64,000 bases of DNA from Candidatus Aminicenantes bacterium (GTDB taxonomy: Bacteria; Acidobacteriota; Aminicenantia; UBA2199). The DNA is taken from NCBI GenBank assembly GCA_016934745.1, contig JAFGSF010000062.1, forward strand, positions 64,843-128,842, read 5' to 3'. The notes under the pieces were generated by a model. That model saw nothing but the letters and a program-made list of their open reading frames with translations. It was not told the origin of the DNA and did not search any database. Made by a program: the position numbers and the translations under genes. Positions 35,439 to 43,281 of the stretch are shown here, one piece after another; position 1 is the stretch's first letter; each line of letters opens with the position of its first letter.

Positions 35439-37238
35439 TCACTGGTATTTAATGCCGACCAAAAATCTGCGCAAGGGCGCCGGGTAACCCAATACTTCTT
35501 CAAAATAACGATTCAAAGCATTGCTGATATTAACAAACAAGCTGAATTTGCCGCTGACAGGAAAATTTAAAACAAAATTGAATGTATTGAAGGCTGGATT
35601 ATCCGCAACTGACCAAAGTATTTCGTCATAATCAAGACGTTTGCCTACATAAATCATTTCCGCGAAAAAATCAAACCGGGCACTTTGATAGCTCAATTCA
35701 GTGGAAAATGTATGGCGCGGCCGCCGCAACAGATCCCGGTTGTATTGAATATCCATGGTTCTTAAATAGGTGTAGGACAATCCCCATTGCCAATGCTTGA
35801 AAAAATCTTTTTTAATACTGAATTCAATTCCACTGGCCACGGCTTCATCGATGTTGACGAATTTCCAGGTTATCGGACTGTAACCGATTAAATTCAAGTA
35901 CTGGGAGTCGAAATAGGTAATGCCCATGGCCAACGATTGCATAAAAAAATCAACGCCGCATTCAATGGATTTTCCGGTTTCAGGCACCAAGGCCGAATTG
36001 CCCCAATAAGGATTCAGCAATTCAGGCAAGGTCGGAGCTCTGAAACTCTCAGCATACGATGCCCTGATCTTAAAATTGGCCGACGGACTGTATGAAAGCC
36101 CCAATTGCGGGGAGGCGACGATTTTCAATTTATTATACTTGTCCAGACGTATGGACGCGGAAATGAGGAACTTGTTTAAATCGGCATTGACACTCAAGAA
36201 ATGAGAAAAAATATTGGCTCCTGCATCTTCGAGCAATACTTCACCATTGTTTTGATTGTCAATAGAGTGCAGGGAATAATCGAGGCCGGCCATGATTTTC
36301 AGTTTTTCCCAGAAAAGGGCATTGAGTTTGGCCGTTATGGCACCAACAAGGGATCGATTGGCAAAAAAAGAGTTCCACGTATCGTCCGGATCGGAAAATT
36401 CGTATTTATTATAATGAAAAGAAATTTTAGTTTCAAGATCCAGATATTCAGCCAAGCGATAAGTGAAAGGAACGGCAAGGAGTAAATTTTGCTGCCAATA
36501 GTGGCGTTTGGGTGTGGGCAAGCCTAGATTGATCGGAATCCCGGAATTGATGAAATTCCCAAATAATTGAATTCTTAAATTCAAGTCGGTTTTTTCAAAG
36601 GCTGATTGCAGGGAAAATCCTTGTTTTTGCATTTCATCATTAAGCTGGCCATCACTATAATTAATAAAGTGTCCATTTAAGGAGAAACTGAAAGGCGCCT
36701 TTTTATGTCCCCAATTAAAATCACCTTCATACGTCCCGTGGCTTCCGCCAGCCAGAGAAAAAACTATGCCGTCACTTTTTTTTGTGATCAAGTTGACTAC
36801 CCCGCCCATGGCGCTAGAACCATAGAGGTTGCTGAGCGGACCACGAATGATTTCAACTTTCTGGATGACCTGGGGAGATAAAAAGGAAAAATTCGCCCCT
36901 AAAGAACTCGATGGATCAAATAATCTGCAGCCGTCCACCAGAAACAACATTTGGTTCACTGCCGCGCCGCGGGCAAATGTATAAGCGAATTGTCCGGGAT
37001 GGCCGGCACTGAGAACCAGGATCCCGGGAGTTTGGTTCAAAACCCCTTTTAAGCCCGCGGATTTCAAATAATCAAGTTCTTTTTCACCGAATATTGTTAC
37101 GCTTTGCAAGGCCCGGGTCAATGGAACGCGGCCGATCACTTCGATTTTTTCTTCCAGCCAAGGCTTTTCCTTTCTTTCTTCGCAAAAAAGATGGCAAGAA
37201 TAGCACAACATGAAAAAAATACAAAAATAACGCGTCAT
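35439..37238 (-). CDS. btuB: TonB-dependent outer-membrane receptor (BtuB-like)
   Basis: ~599 aa with a signal peptide, a plug domain and a 22-strand-type barrel. ATG 37238 has GGAGG 7 nt upstream. A cobalamin riboswitch sits in the 5' leader. Confidence 0.8.
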   Translation of the reverse strand: MTRYFCIFFMLCYSCHLFCEERKEKPWLEEKIEVIGRVPLTRALQSVTIFGEKELDYLKSAGLKGVLNQTPGILVLSAGHPGQFAYTFARGAAVNQMLFLVDGCRLFDPSSSLGANFSFLSPQVIQKVEIIRGPLSNLYGSSAMGGVVNLITKKSDGIVFSLAGGSHGTYEGDFNWGHKKAPFSFSLNGHFINYSDGQLNDEMQKQGFSLQSAFEKTDLNLRIQLFGNFINSGIPINLGLPTPKRHYWQQNLLLAVPFTYRLAEYLDLETKISFHYNKYEFSDPDDTWNSFFANRSLVGAITAKLNALFWEKLKIMAGLDYSLHSIDNQNNGEVLLEDAGANIFSHFLSVNADLNKFLISASIRLDKYNKLKIVASPQLGLSYSPSANFKIRASYAESFRAPTLPELLNPYWGNSALVPETGKSIECGVDFFMQSLAMGITYFDSQYLNLIGYSPITWKFVNIDEAVASGIEFSIKKDFFKHWQWGLSYTYLRTMDIQYNRDLLRRPRHTFSTELSYQSARFDFFAEMIYVGKRLDYDEILWSVADNPAFNTFNFVLNFPVSGKFSLFVNISNALNRYFEEVLGYPAPLRRFLVGIKYQ

Positions 37239-37284
37239 GGCCAAACCTCCTAAATATGAGGACTTCGAGCACCAACATTATCCG

Positions 37285-37472
37285 CCCTCCGCAGATAATG
37301 CGCATCGGGTTGATACCTGATAGGTCTTCCGACTTCCGGAACCTTTAAAAAGCCTTCCCGCCCCTACTAGGGCAGTGGCTGAGACTTTCAAAGATACTTC
37401 CAGGCGAGCCTGGTCCGGTCACGGCAGCGGGGGCTGTGGGGTTTTAGCCTCTTCCCTTGAATCAAGCCTCAA
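37285..37472 (-). promoter_or_regulatory. cobalamin (B12) riboswitch
   Basis: The minus strand reads AAGGGAAGAGGCTAAAACCCCACAGCCCCCGCTGCCGTGAC ... CTCAGCCACTGCCCTAGTAGGGGCGGGAAGGC ... GAAGTCGGAAGACCTATCAGG. These match the conserved core and B12-box (GCCACTG) of RF00174-type elements. A CATTATC/GATAATG hairpin and a CCTC..GAGG SD-pairing segment follow. Confidence 0.85.
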
Positions 37473-37477
37473 AATTG

Positions 37478-37506
37478 ATTTTACTAAATGAAACGACCAT
37501 TGTCAA
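37478..37506 (-). promoter_or_regulatory. sigma70-type promoter TTGACA-17nt-TAAAAT driving the riboswitch-btu operon
   Basis: Read on the minus strand immediately upstream of the riboswitch. Confidence 0.55.
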
Positions 37507-37574
37507 CAGTTCTGGGAGAATCTGTTTGCCAAGAATCCTTGATATATTTCACTCTTGTAAAATCCCTTTTAATG

Positions 37575-37602
37575 TTGACTTTTCTGTAATTATCTGTATA
37601 AT
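37575..37602 (+). promoter_or_regulatory. sigma70-type promoter TTGACT-16nt-TATAAT
   Basis: Followed by a ~25-nt leader with AAGGAG 7 nt before ATG 37634. Confidence 0.5.
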
Positions 37603-37633
37603 AAAAACCCTATAAAATTTAAGGAGTTCAAAC

Positions 37634-39205
37634 ATGAAAAGAACAGTTTTGCCTGTGGCCATGCTATTGATAATCTCTGTCATCACTGCGGGGATCGTCA
37701 TTGGCGCCTCATCCGAGGCAAAGGACCCGACAACTGCCATCACCCATAGCCCAAGCGAGCAATCAAAGGGCGTGTCCGGAGCTACAAACCCCCGAGTAAC
37801 GGCCGACCCGGTCGTTACGACGATACAGCTCACTCCGTTGAACCACACTGGAAACTGGCGCCATCCGGCTGTTGGCGAGGACTCCAGGGGAAACCGTCTG
37901 GTTATTTTCAGAGGCCCGGAAGGTAACAAATATTACTACGTTTATTGCACGAATGGCGGCACGTGGAGCGCCCCAAAATTAATCGCCGACGGCAACCAAC
38001 CGCTTCTCCACAACAGCCTCTATGCGAATATTAAGGTCGACAGTAGCGACCGCTTTCATTGCACCTGGGAAGATGCCGATGGAGCCGTTTACGCGTCGTT
38101 CCGCGACGATGTCTGGTCAACACCCACGCTGCAATATATGACCGGCGAATATGATTTGATCAGCAGTGCCCTCGACATTCGCAGCGACGATACCGTGCTC
38201 ACCGCTGACTGCGAGGTTAATGGTTTTAGCAAAGATATCTTCCTCCACAGCAAGGGCAAGAATGACACCGAATTCGGCGACCCTTTCAATATGACCAGGG
38301 ATGTCATTGAAGGTTCGACCCAACCCTGCATCGCCGTCGACTCTAAAGACAATACCTGGCTAGTGTGGAAGAGCGATCTCCTCATCCCTGACGTTGACGA
38401 AAATTTGGTCATTTACCTGGCCCAGTATGATGTGAACAACAATGATGTGGATGACTGGATGCTTCTTTCAACCAGCCCGGGCTGGTCATTTGTGCCCCAG
38501 GTTGCCGTCAACAGCGAAGATAAAGTAATGTCCGCATGGGCCTTCCCCACAGGCGGTGCCTATAGTTCCAGGCTCTTTGATCCAGCAACCAAAACGATGA
38601 GTCCTGAAATCGACCTTGGAATCAGCCTTTTAAGAGTGCCCTGGCACACTTTCTTTATCAGAATGGCGTCCCACGACAAGGATTTCTTTGTGACGGCCCT
38701 GACCGCCGCCAGGACCCTTCCCCTGATGAAATTCGATGAAACGACTTCCGAATGGAACCAGGTCGCTGAATGCGCCGATAGAGGCGTTGAGATGCATTCT
38801 TTGTTTTCGGGTTATGACAACATGCTTATCGCTTGGAATTCATTCGAGGAGCCCACAGGCGTCTTCCTTACCACGGTCAGCGTTCCGCCCTACAGCAAGA
38901 TCAGGATCAAATCAGTAAGCAACCTCGTGGTGGTAAAACAAACCGAACGCGGCTTCTTCACTGGTTACACACTGAATGCCTTGACTTGGGAAGCCAATCC
39001 AGAAAACGCAGAAAAAGAGATCACGGTCACTGCTCATCGCGTTTACCGCAAAGGGCGGACCGAGCCTTACTCAGAATGGGAACGCATCGCTGAGCTCGCA
39101 GCGGATGTCTTTAAATACGGTGACCGTAACATCCCCGCCAATAGCGACTACGTCTATGCCGTCACTTGCGTCGATGACGAAGGCAAAGAAAGCTCGATCA
39201 ATTAA
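37634..39205 (+). CDS. secreted BNR/sialidase-like beta-propeller protein with a C-terminal Fn3-like module (paralog of 51749..53494)
   Basis: 523 aa with a signal/anchor peptide and a Ser/Thr/Pro-rich linker. It has repeated G-x-W-S/T-x-P blade motifs (NGGTWSAP, DDVWSTP) and a C-terminal YRKG...SDYVYAVTCVDDEGKES. It shares PQVAVNSEDK versus RPVVAVNSIND with the paralog. Confidence 0.6.
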   Translation: MKRTVLPVAMLLIISVITAGIVIGASSEAKDPTTAITHSPSEQSKGVSGATNPRVTADPVVTTIQLTPLNHTGNWRHPAVGEDSRGNRLVIFRGPEGNKYYYVYCTNGGTWSAPKLIADGNQPLLHNSLYANIKVDSSDRFHCTWEDADGAVYASFRDDVWSTPTLQYMTGEYDLISSALDIRSDDTVLTADCEVNGFSKDIFLHSKGKNDTEFGDPFNMTRDVIEGSTQPCIAVDSKDNTWLVWKSDLLIPDVDENLVIYLAQYDVNNNDVDDWMLLSTSPGWSFVPQVAVNSEDKVMSAWAFPTGGAYSSRLFDPATKTMSPEIDLGISLLRVPWHTFFIRMASHDKDFFVTALTAARTLPLMKFDETTSEWNQVAECADRGVEMHSLFSGYDNMLIAWNSFEEPTGVFLTTVSVPPYSKIRIKSVSNLVVVKQTERGFFTGYTLNALTWEANPENAEKEITVTAHRVYRKGRTEPYSEWERIAELAADVFKYGDRNIPANSDYVYAVTCVDDEGKESSIN

Positions 39206-39359
39206 ATAAAGGGAACCTACTAGCACATCAGGGATTTTTTCAGCGGCAGGCGCTTGGTTTTAAGAAAATTTTAAAACCGGCATCAAAATCGATTGTCACC
39301 ATCTTTGTTTATCGTAATGATGAGTAAGTTTTTGCCGGCAGATCATATCCAGAGATGGA

Positions 39360-40418
39360 TTATTTGATCAGGAGATTGCTTTGTATATAGCTGGCAATCG
39401 CATGGGAGAAAATTTTGTTTCCCAACGGATTGGGGTGGGCGTTGGCGGCACTGATGCGAACATCTTGAATCTCATATGGCAAAAAAGCAGATAGTGGGTC
39501 AATCACGGCAAAAGCATATTGCCCTGCCAGTTTTTTTACAATCTTATGCAATTCGGAAAAAGGATATTGCTGCAGATTCTGCAATTCAGGGTAGATGGCA
39601 ATCAACACCGGGACCTTTGGTTGGGTGGCCCGGCGGATGTCGGCAAAGGCTGCATGCAGGCGGCTCCAATTTTCAGGTTCCTGGTAGGCATTAAGTAAAA
39701 ATCCATTGTAGCCCATTTTGAGAACTTTCTGTCCGTCTTTGGAATACCGGGGAGGTTTGGTATCTGCTTTGGTTTTTTTTAGATAGAAACGATTCTTTAG
39801 CAACAAATACAGTTTGGAACGGCCAAGGAACTTGTCAATAAACCCGATACCGGTGGTCAAAAACGAGTTGTAACCTCGATATGTGCTTAACACAGTCCTT
39901 TCGCGGCTCAGTATGCCAATATCATTCAGGGAGTAGCCAATCACGATCAAATCGGGCGAATAACCCAGGACTTTTTCGCGAATTATTTCGGCTTCCTGGG
40001 TAGTATTATAGCCCATGACACCAAAATTGATGACTTCGACACTGGCCTTGGATCGCCGCAGTTCCTTTTCCAATTGCTTGGGCCATGTATCCTGCAGATC
40101 CACTGCCATGCCAAACGTGCATGAATCGCCTACGGCAGCAATACGATAGGTGCTTGCTGGTTTAATGCGCGCATAGACTTCATCGCGGATGCCGTCTTTG
40201 TTGATTCTGTACCAGGTGTTATCTTCAAAAGAAGCGCTTCCGGGAATCAGCTCATAGCCCATTTTCCTATTGGCAGAGGGGCGGTGCGTTTTCAGGCTCA
40301 ACGGGATGATTTGCCCGGAAATTTTGCTTCCTAAAATTCTGATGCCGATCTCCAGCAAGCCCAAGGTAAAGACGGTCGTCAAAAAGATGACCAATAACCG
40401 CGACAAAATTTTTTTCAT
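39360..40418 (-). CDS. SGNH/GDSL hydrolase with an N-terminal membrane anchor
   Basis: The start is set at ATG 40418 (MKKILSRLLVIFLTTVFTLGLL...). Block I is AAVGDSCTFG, block III is GYSLNDIG and block V is like AANAHPNPLG. The track's 566-aa version is a GC-rich upstream shadow extension. Confidence 0.75.
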   Translation of the reverse strand: MKKILSRLLVIFLTTVFTLGLLEIGIRILGSKISGQIIPLSLKTHRPSANRKMGYELIPGSASFEDNTWYRINKDGIRDEVYARIKPASTYRIAAVGDSCTFGMAVDLQDTWPKQLEKELRRSKASVEVINFGVMGYNTTQEAEIIREKVLGYSPDLIVIGYSLNDIGILSRERTVLSTYRGYNSFLTTGIGFIDKFLGRSKLYLLLKNRFYLKKTKADTKPPRYSKDGQKVLKMGYNGFLLNAYQEPENWSRLHAAFADIRRATQPKVPVLIAIYPELQNLQQYPFSELHKIVKKLAGQYAFAVIDPLSAFLPYEIQDVRISAANAHPNPLGNKIFSHAIASYIQSNLLIK

Positions 40419-40543
40419 AGGTGATCCATCCCGGATATCATGTATCCCAAATGTGATTTGCAACAATGCATTTGTGATTTTAGCAGGTATTTTCGGCTTG
40501 GGCAATACAGGATATCCCAGCGACGCTTTTTTTTCATCCCCCG

Positions 40544-42535
40544 TCATGGCTGGGCCAGGGAATAGAGGACGGTCGAACCCATGCGCTTCAGCACAGGCAA
40601 AGCGGGTGCAATCTTGAAATAACGTTTTTCGTCTTCCCCCCAGAAAAGATAATCCACTCCCATGTTTTTCAGGTCGTTTTGAGTAGCCGGCAGTCCGGCA
40701 AGGGCACGGCGCAGAGCTTCGACCCGGCGCTGGTATAGGTCCGGAAGAACCTGGAATATCTGGCCATGCATCCGGTCGCCGACAACCATTTGTTTTCCCG
40801 AAAAAGCGGGTATGGCCGAAAGGTTCCAGGGCCTGGCCTCGGGGAAATTCTGAACTGTCCGGTTGGCGGGGACGTTCTTTCTGATCCAAGCCAACATCCG
40901 CATTTCCCCAAAGGAGACATAACTGGTGAAACGTCGGTTTTGGACATCGGACGAATTTCCGACATCCAGGGTAAGGGTCCATAGGCCGGGCAGGATGGTC
41001 AGCAAGGCCATGAAAAGTGCAAGCCTGCCGGCCCCCCGCGAGACCTCGGCGAGTCGACAAGTCAGGAGCGCCAGGACCAAGATGGCCACCAATCCGGCCT
41101 TGAGTGACACATCCGACTCGAAGTTATTGATGCGCACGGCCAGGATGAGGCCAAGGGAAACGGCCAGGAGCAGAGCATAGAAAGCCCTTCCCTGGAAACG
41201 CCCCGCCAGGAGCCCCAACGCTCCGCCCAATGTCAGCAGGCCGAAGTTCAAACCCAGCAGGATTAGGATTTCACCCGGCTTCATTGGTTTGAGCACGACG
41301 CCGCTGCCGCTGAATGAGATCATTTTCAGACCAACGGAAAGTCCTATGACAAAAATCGGCAAAACGAAATATTTCGCCAGGTTCTTCAGGAAATCCCGAA
41401 ACTTGAGCAGCCCACGAACGAGATTTGCCCCTTCCCGGACCGTTGCGTACAATCCCCAGGAAATGAGGAGAATCCCGCCGACGAAAAAACTGGCCGCCAG
41501 GCTTGATGCCAGGCAGACTGCTAACGCCCAGGGATGTTCATGTTTTTGAGACAGAACGTACAAAAACAACAACAAGAAGGTCAGACTGAGCAGATGCTGC
41601 GGAGTGAAGAGCAGCGATCTGAGCAACGTATCGATCTCAGGCAGTTGCCAGAACCAGCGGGTCAAGCCGTCAATGTTGATATTGCGGCCGATACGGAAAT
41701 AGACCGTCCATGAAAAACGCGCCCGTACCGCCCAGAGGTAGAAGCCCTCGAGGCTAGGAGCCAGGACCAGCAGTGCGGCAAAGTATGGCATCCACCTCCG
41801 TCGTCCGCAGATCTTCAATGCCATAAGGAACAAAAGGAGAATAAAAAGGAAATTGACGGAGAAGGAAAAAGCGAACATGGCTTTGGCCGTGGAACCGGCA
41901 AAAAACGCTACTAAGGCCGGTGTGGCATAAGGGAGCCAATAGTAATGCAGCGCCTCGCCCTGGAAATAGAGGTTTGCGGGGGGCAGGCCGGCCTGATTAA
42001 GTGATTCGACCACCGAGAAATGCTTGAGGTAATCCGAACTGAAATAAGCGCGATAAGCATAATTCCCATCGAGGGGAAGACCGATCCTTGAGAAAGGATA
42101 CCAGGCTAGGACCGTCACCAAAAGAAAGGCGATGGCAACCCAACGTTTATCCTTGCTAGCTGCCTTATTCCCGGGCGCTTTGCGGATGATGGAGAGTAGA
42201 AATCCGATCGTGAGCAGAACCACCAGGACCTGCGGCGCGGCGCGGCCCGCCAGGGCGCGGCAGACCAGCCAGGCAAAAGGAAACAAGCCAAGGCTGAGAA
42301 GGGAGCGGATCGTTAAGGATGTCACGGCCGAACCATTTTCCATGAAAGCGCCGCTCGCAACCTTCAGAATTCCATTGCTCAGAAACAATAAAAGGGTCAG
42401 GACCACAGCCGCCTTTTCTCCGGCAAAAAGAAAGTTGCCAAACAACAACAGGGAGTAGAAAAGGATGGCTGCAAATTTTTCAATCAGTCGACTGAACAGG
42501 GTCTTAATACTGTAAGTCAAGCCAATTTTTCCCAT
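40544..42535 (-). CDS. 663-aa polytopic membrane protein with a C-terminal periplasmic domain (GT-C-like glycosyltransferase/polymerase candidate)
   Basis: About 14 or more hydrophobic helices, a loop motif YFSSDYLKHF...PPANLYFQGEALHYYWLPY and a ~150-aa soluble C-terminus. It is markedly G+C-rich relative to its neighbours. The function is inferred from architecture and context only. Confidence 0.45.
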   Translation of the reverse strand: MGKIGLTYSIKTLFSRLIEKFAAILFYSLLLFGNFLFAGEKAAVVLTLLLFLSNGILKVASGAFMENGSAVTSLTIRSLLSLGLFPFAWLVCRALAGRAAPQVLVVLLTIGFLLSIIRKAPGNKAASKDKRWVAIAFLLVTVLAWYPFSRIGLPLDGNYAYRAYFSSDYLKHFSVVESLNQAGLPPANLYFQGEALHYYWLPYATPALVAFFAGSTAKAMFAFSFSVNFLFILLLFLMALKICGRRRWMPYFAALLVLAPSLEGFYLWAVRARFSWTVYFRIGRNINIDGLTRWFWQLPEIDTLLRSLLFTPQHLLSLTFLLLFLYVLSQKHEHPWALAVCLASSLAASFFVGGILLISWGLYATVREGANLVRGLLKFRDFLKNLAKYFVLPIFVIGLSVGLKMISFSGSGVVLKPMKPGEILILLGLNFGLLTLGGALGLLAGRFQGRAFYALLLAVSLGLILAVRINNFESDVSLKAGLVAILVLALLTCRLAEVSRGAGRLALFMALLTILPGLWTLTLDVGNSSDVQNRRFTSYVSFGEMRMLAWIRKNVPANRTVQNFPEARPWNLSAIPAFSGKQMVVGDRMHGQIFQVLPDLYQRRVEALRRALAGLPATQNDLKNMGVDYLFWGEDEKRYFKIAPALPVLKRMGSTVLYSLAQP

Positions 42536-42541
42536 TCAGGC

Positions 42542-42570
42542 ATTTTGAGGATAATTTTTCAAAATGTCAA
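42542..42570 (-). promoter_or_regulatory. sigma70-type promoter TTGACA-17nt-CAAAAT; the -10 ends 6 nt before ATG 42535 (leaderless layout)
   Basis: Read on the minus strand. Confidence 0.4.
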
Positions 42571-42714
42571 TCATTCGGCGCTGATTTCTTTGGAAGAAAC
42601 TGTTGGGGGTAAATTTCTGAAATGAGAATAGAAGATTTGTTCTGCCACTAAATATGTCCACCGCGTTTTTTGTTGAAACTAAGCTTGATGTTTCGAGATA
42701 GTGCCTGGTTGTGT

Positions 42715-42873
42715 TTAAAAAAGGGTGTAAATAAAAGGGGCAAACGGGCTGCCGGCCGAAAGAAAGATCAAAAGCCCAAGTAAAACCAGGATGACAATCA
42801 CCGGCACCAGCCAGAATTTTTTGTTATGCTTAATGAAATCCCAAAGTTCTTTCAGGACACCTATTTTAGCCAT
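42715..42873 (-). CDS. DUF5989 (SxtK-like) small membrane protein, 52 aa
   Basis: Not in the ORF track (too short). Own translation gives MAKIGVLKELWDFIKHNKKFWLVPVIVILVLLGLLIFLSAGSPFAPFIYTLF*. The APFIYTLF ending and its position after carbamoyltransferase and SxtJ match the known cassette. Confidence 0.8.
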   Translation of the reverse strand: MAKIGVLKELWDFIKHNKKFWLVPVIVILVLLGLLIFLSAGSPFAPFIYTLF

Positions 42874-42888
42874 TCTTATTCTCCAATT

Positions 42889-43281
42889 TTAATATTGTTT
42901 TTCGTAACCTTGTGCGGTTTGCGGATCTTCAAAATAAGATAGAGCTGCCTTATCATAACGCACGGCCATAAATTCTTTGCCAAACAAACGCATGACTAGG
43001 GAGAGCGGGGTGAGCAGTAAGAAAAATACTGCAGCGGCAATGACCAGAAATATCATGTTGCCGACAAAACCGCTAACAAGCAATATTCCCTTATAAGCAG
43101 GAGCAAACAAGCGGGGCAGGATAGAAAAAAACAAGGCAACCACTGCAAAGGCAAAAAATATTTTTGTTTTCAACAAACCGTCAACGCCTTTGAAACCCCT
43201 CCAAAGGATCAGGGCTGAAAGAGCCGTCAGCAACAATAAAAACATGCGCATGTTTTTAGCGGAATAATTAGTTTTTTTCAT
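42889..43281 (-). CDS. SxtJ-family membrane protein
   Basis: 130 aa from ATG 43281 (TAATG overlap with the carbamoyltransferase stop), with 3-4 TM helices. The track's start at 43308 would overlap by 28 nt. Confidence 0.65.
   Translation of the reverse strand: MKKTNYSAKNMRMFLLLLTALSALILWRGFKGVDGLLKTKIFFAFAVVALFFSILPRLFAPAYKGILLVSGFVGNMIFLVIAAAVFFLLLTPLSLVMRLFGKEFMAVRYDKAALSYFEDPQTAQGYEKQY

Noticed and set aside
39264-39286. GGTTTTAA-7nt-TTAAAACC hairpin between the convergent genes at 39205 and 39360 as an intrinsic terminator
   Set aside because: The stem is only 8 bp and almost entirely A/T, with no clear flanking U-run on either strand. It is too weak to call.
40419-41060. N-terminal 214 codons of the 566-aa track ORF 39360..41060 (-)
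   Set aside because: This part overlaps the 3' end of the 663-aa membrane gene in another frame. It is Arg/Pro/Gly-rich, as expected for a shadow frame in G+C-rich DNA. The SGNH hydrolase begins naturally at ATG 40418 with a membrane anchor.
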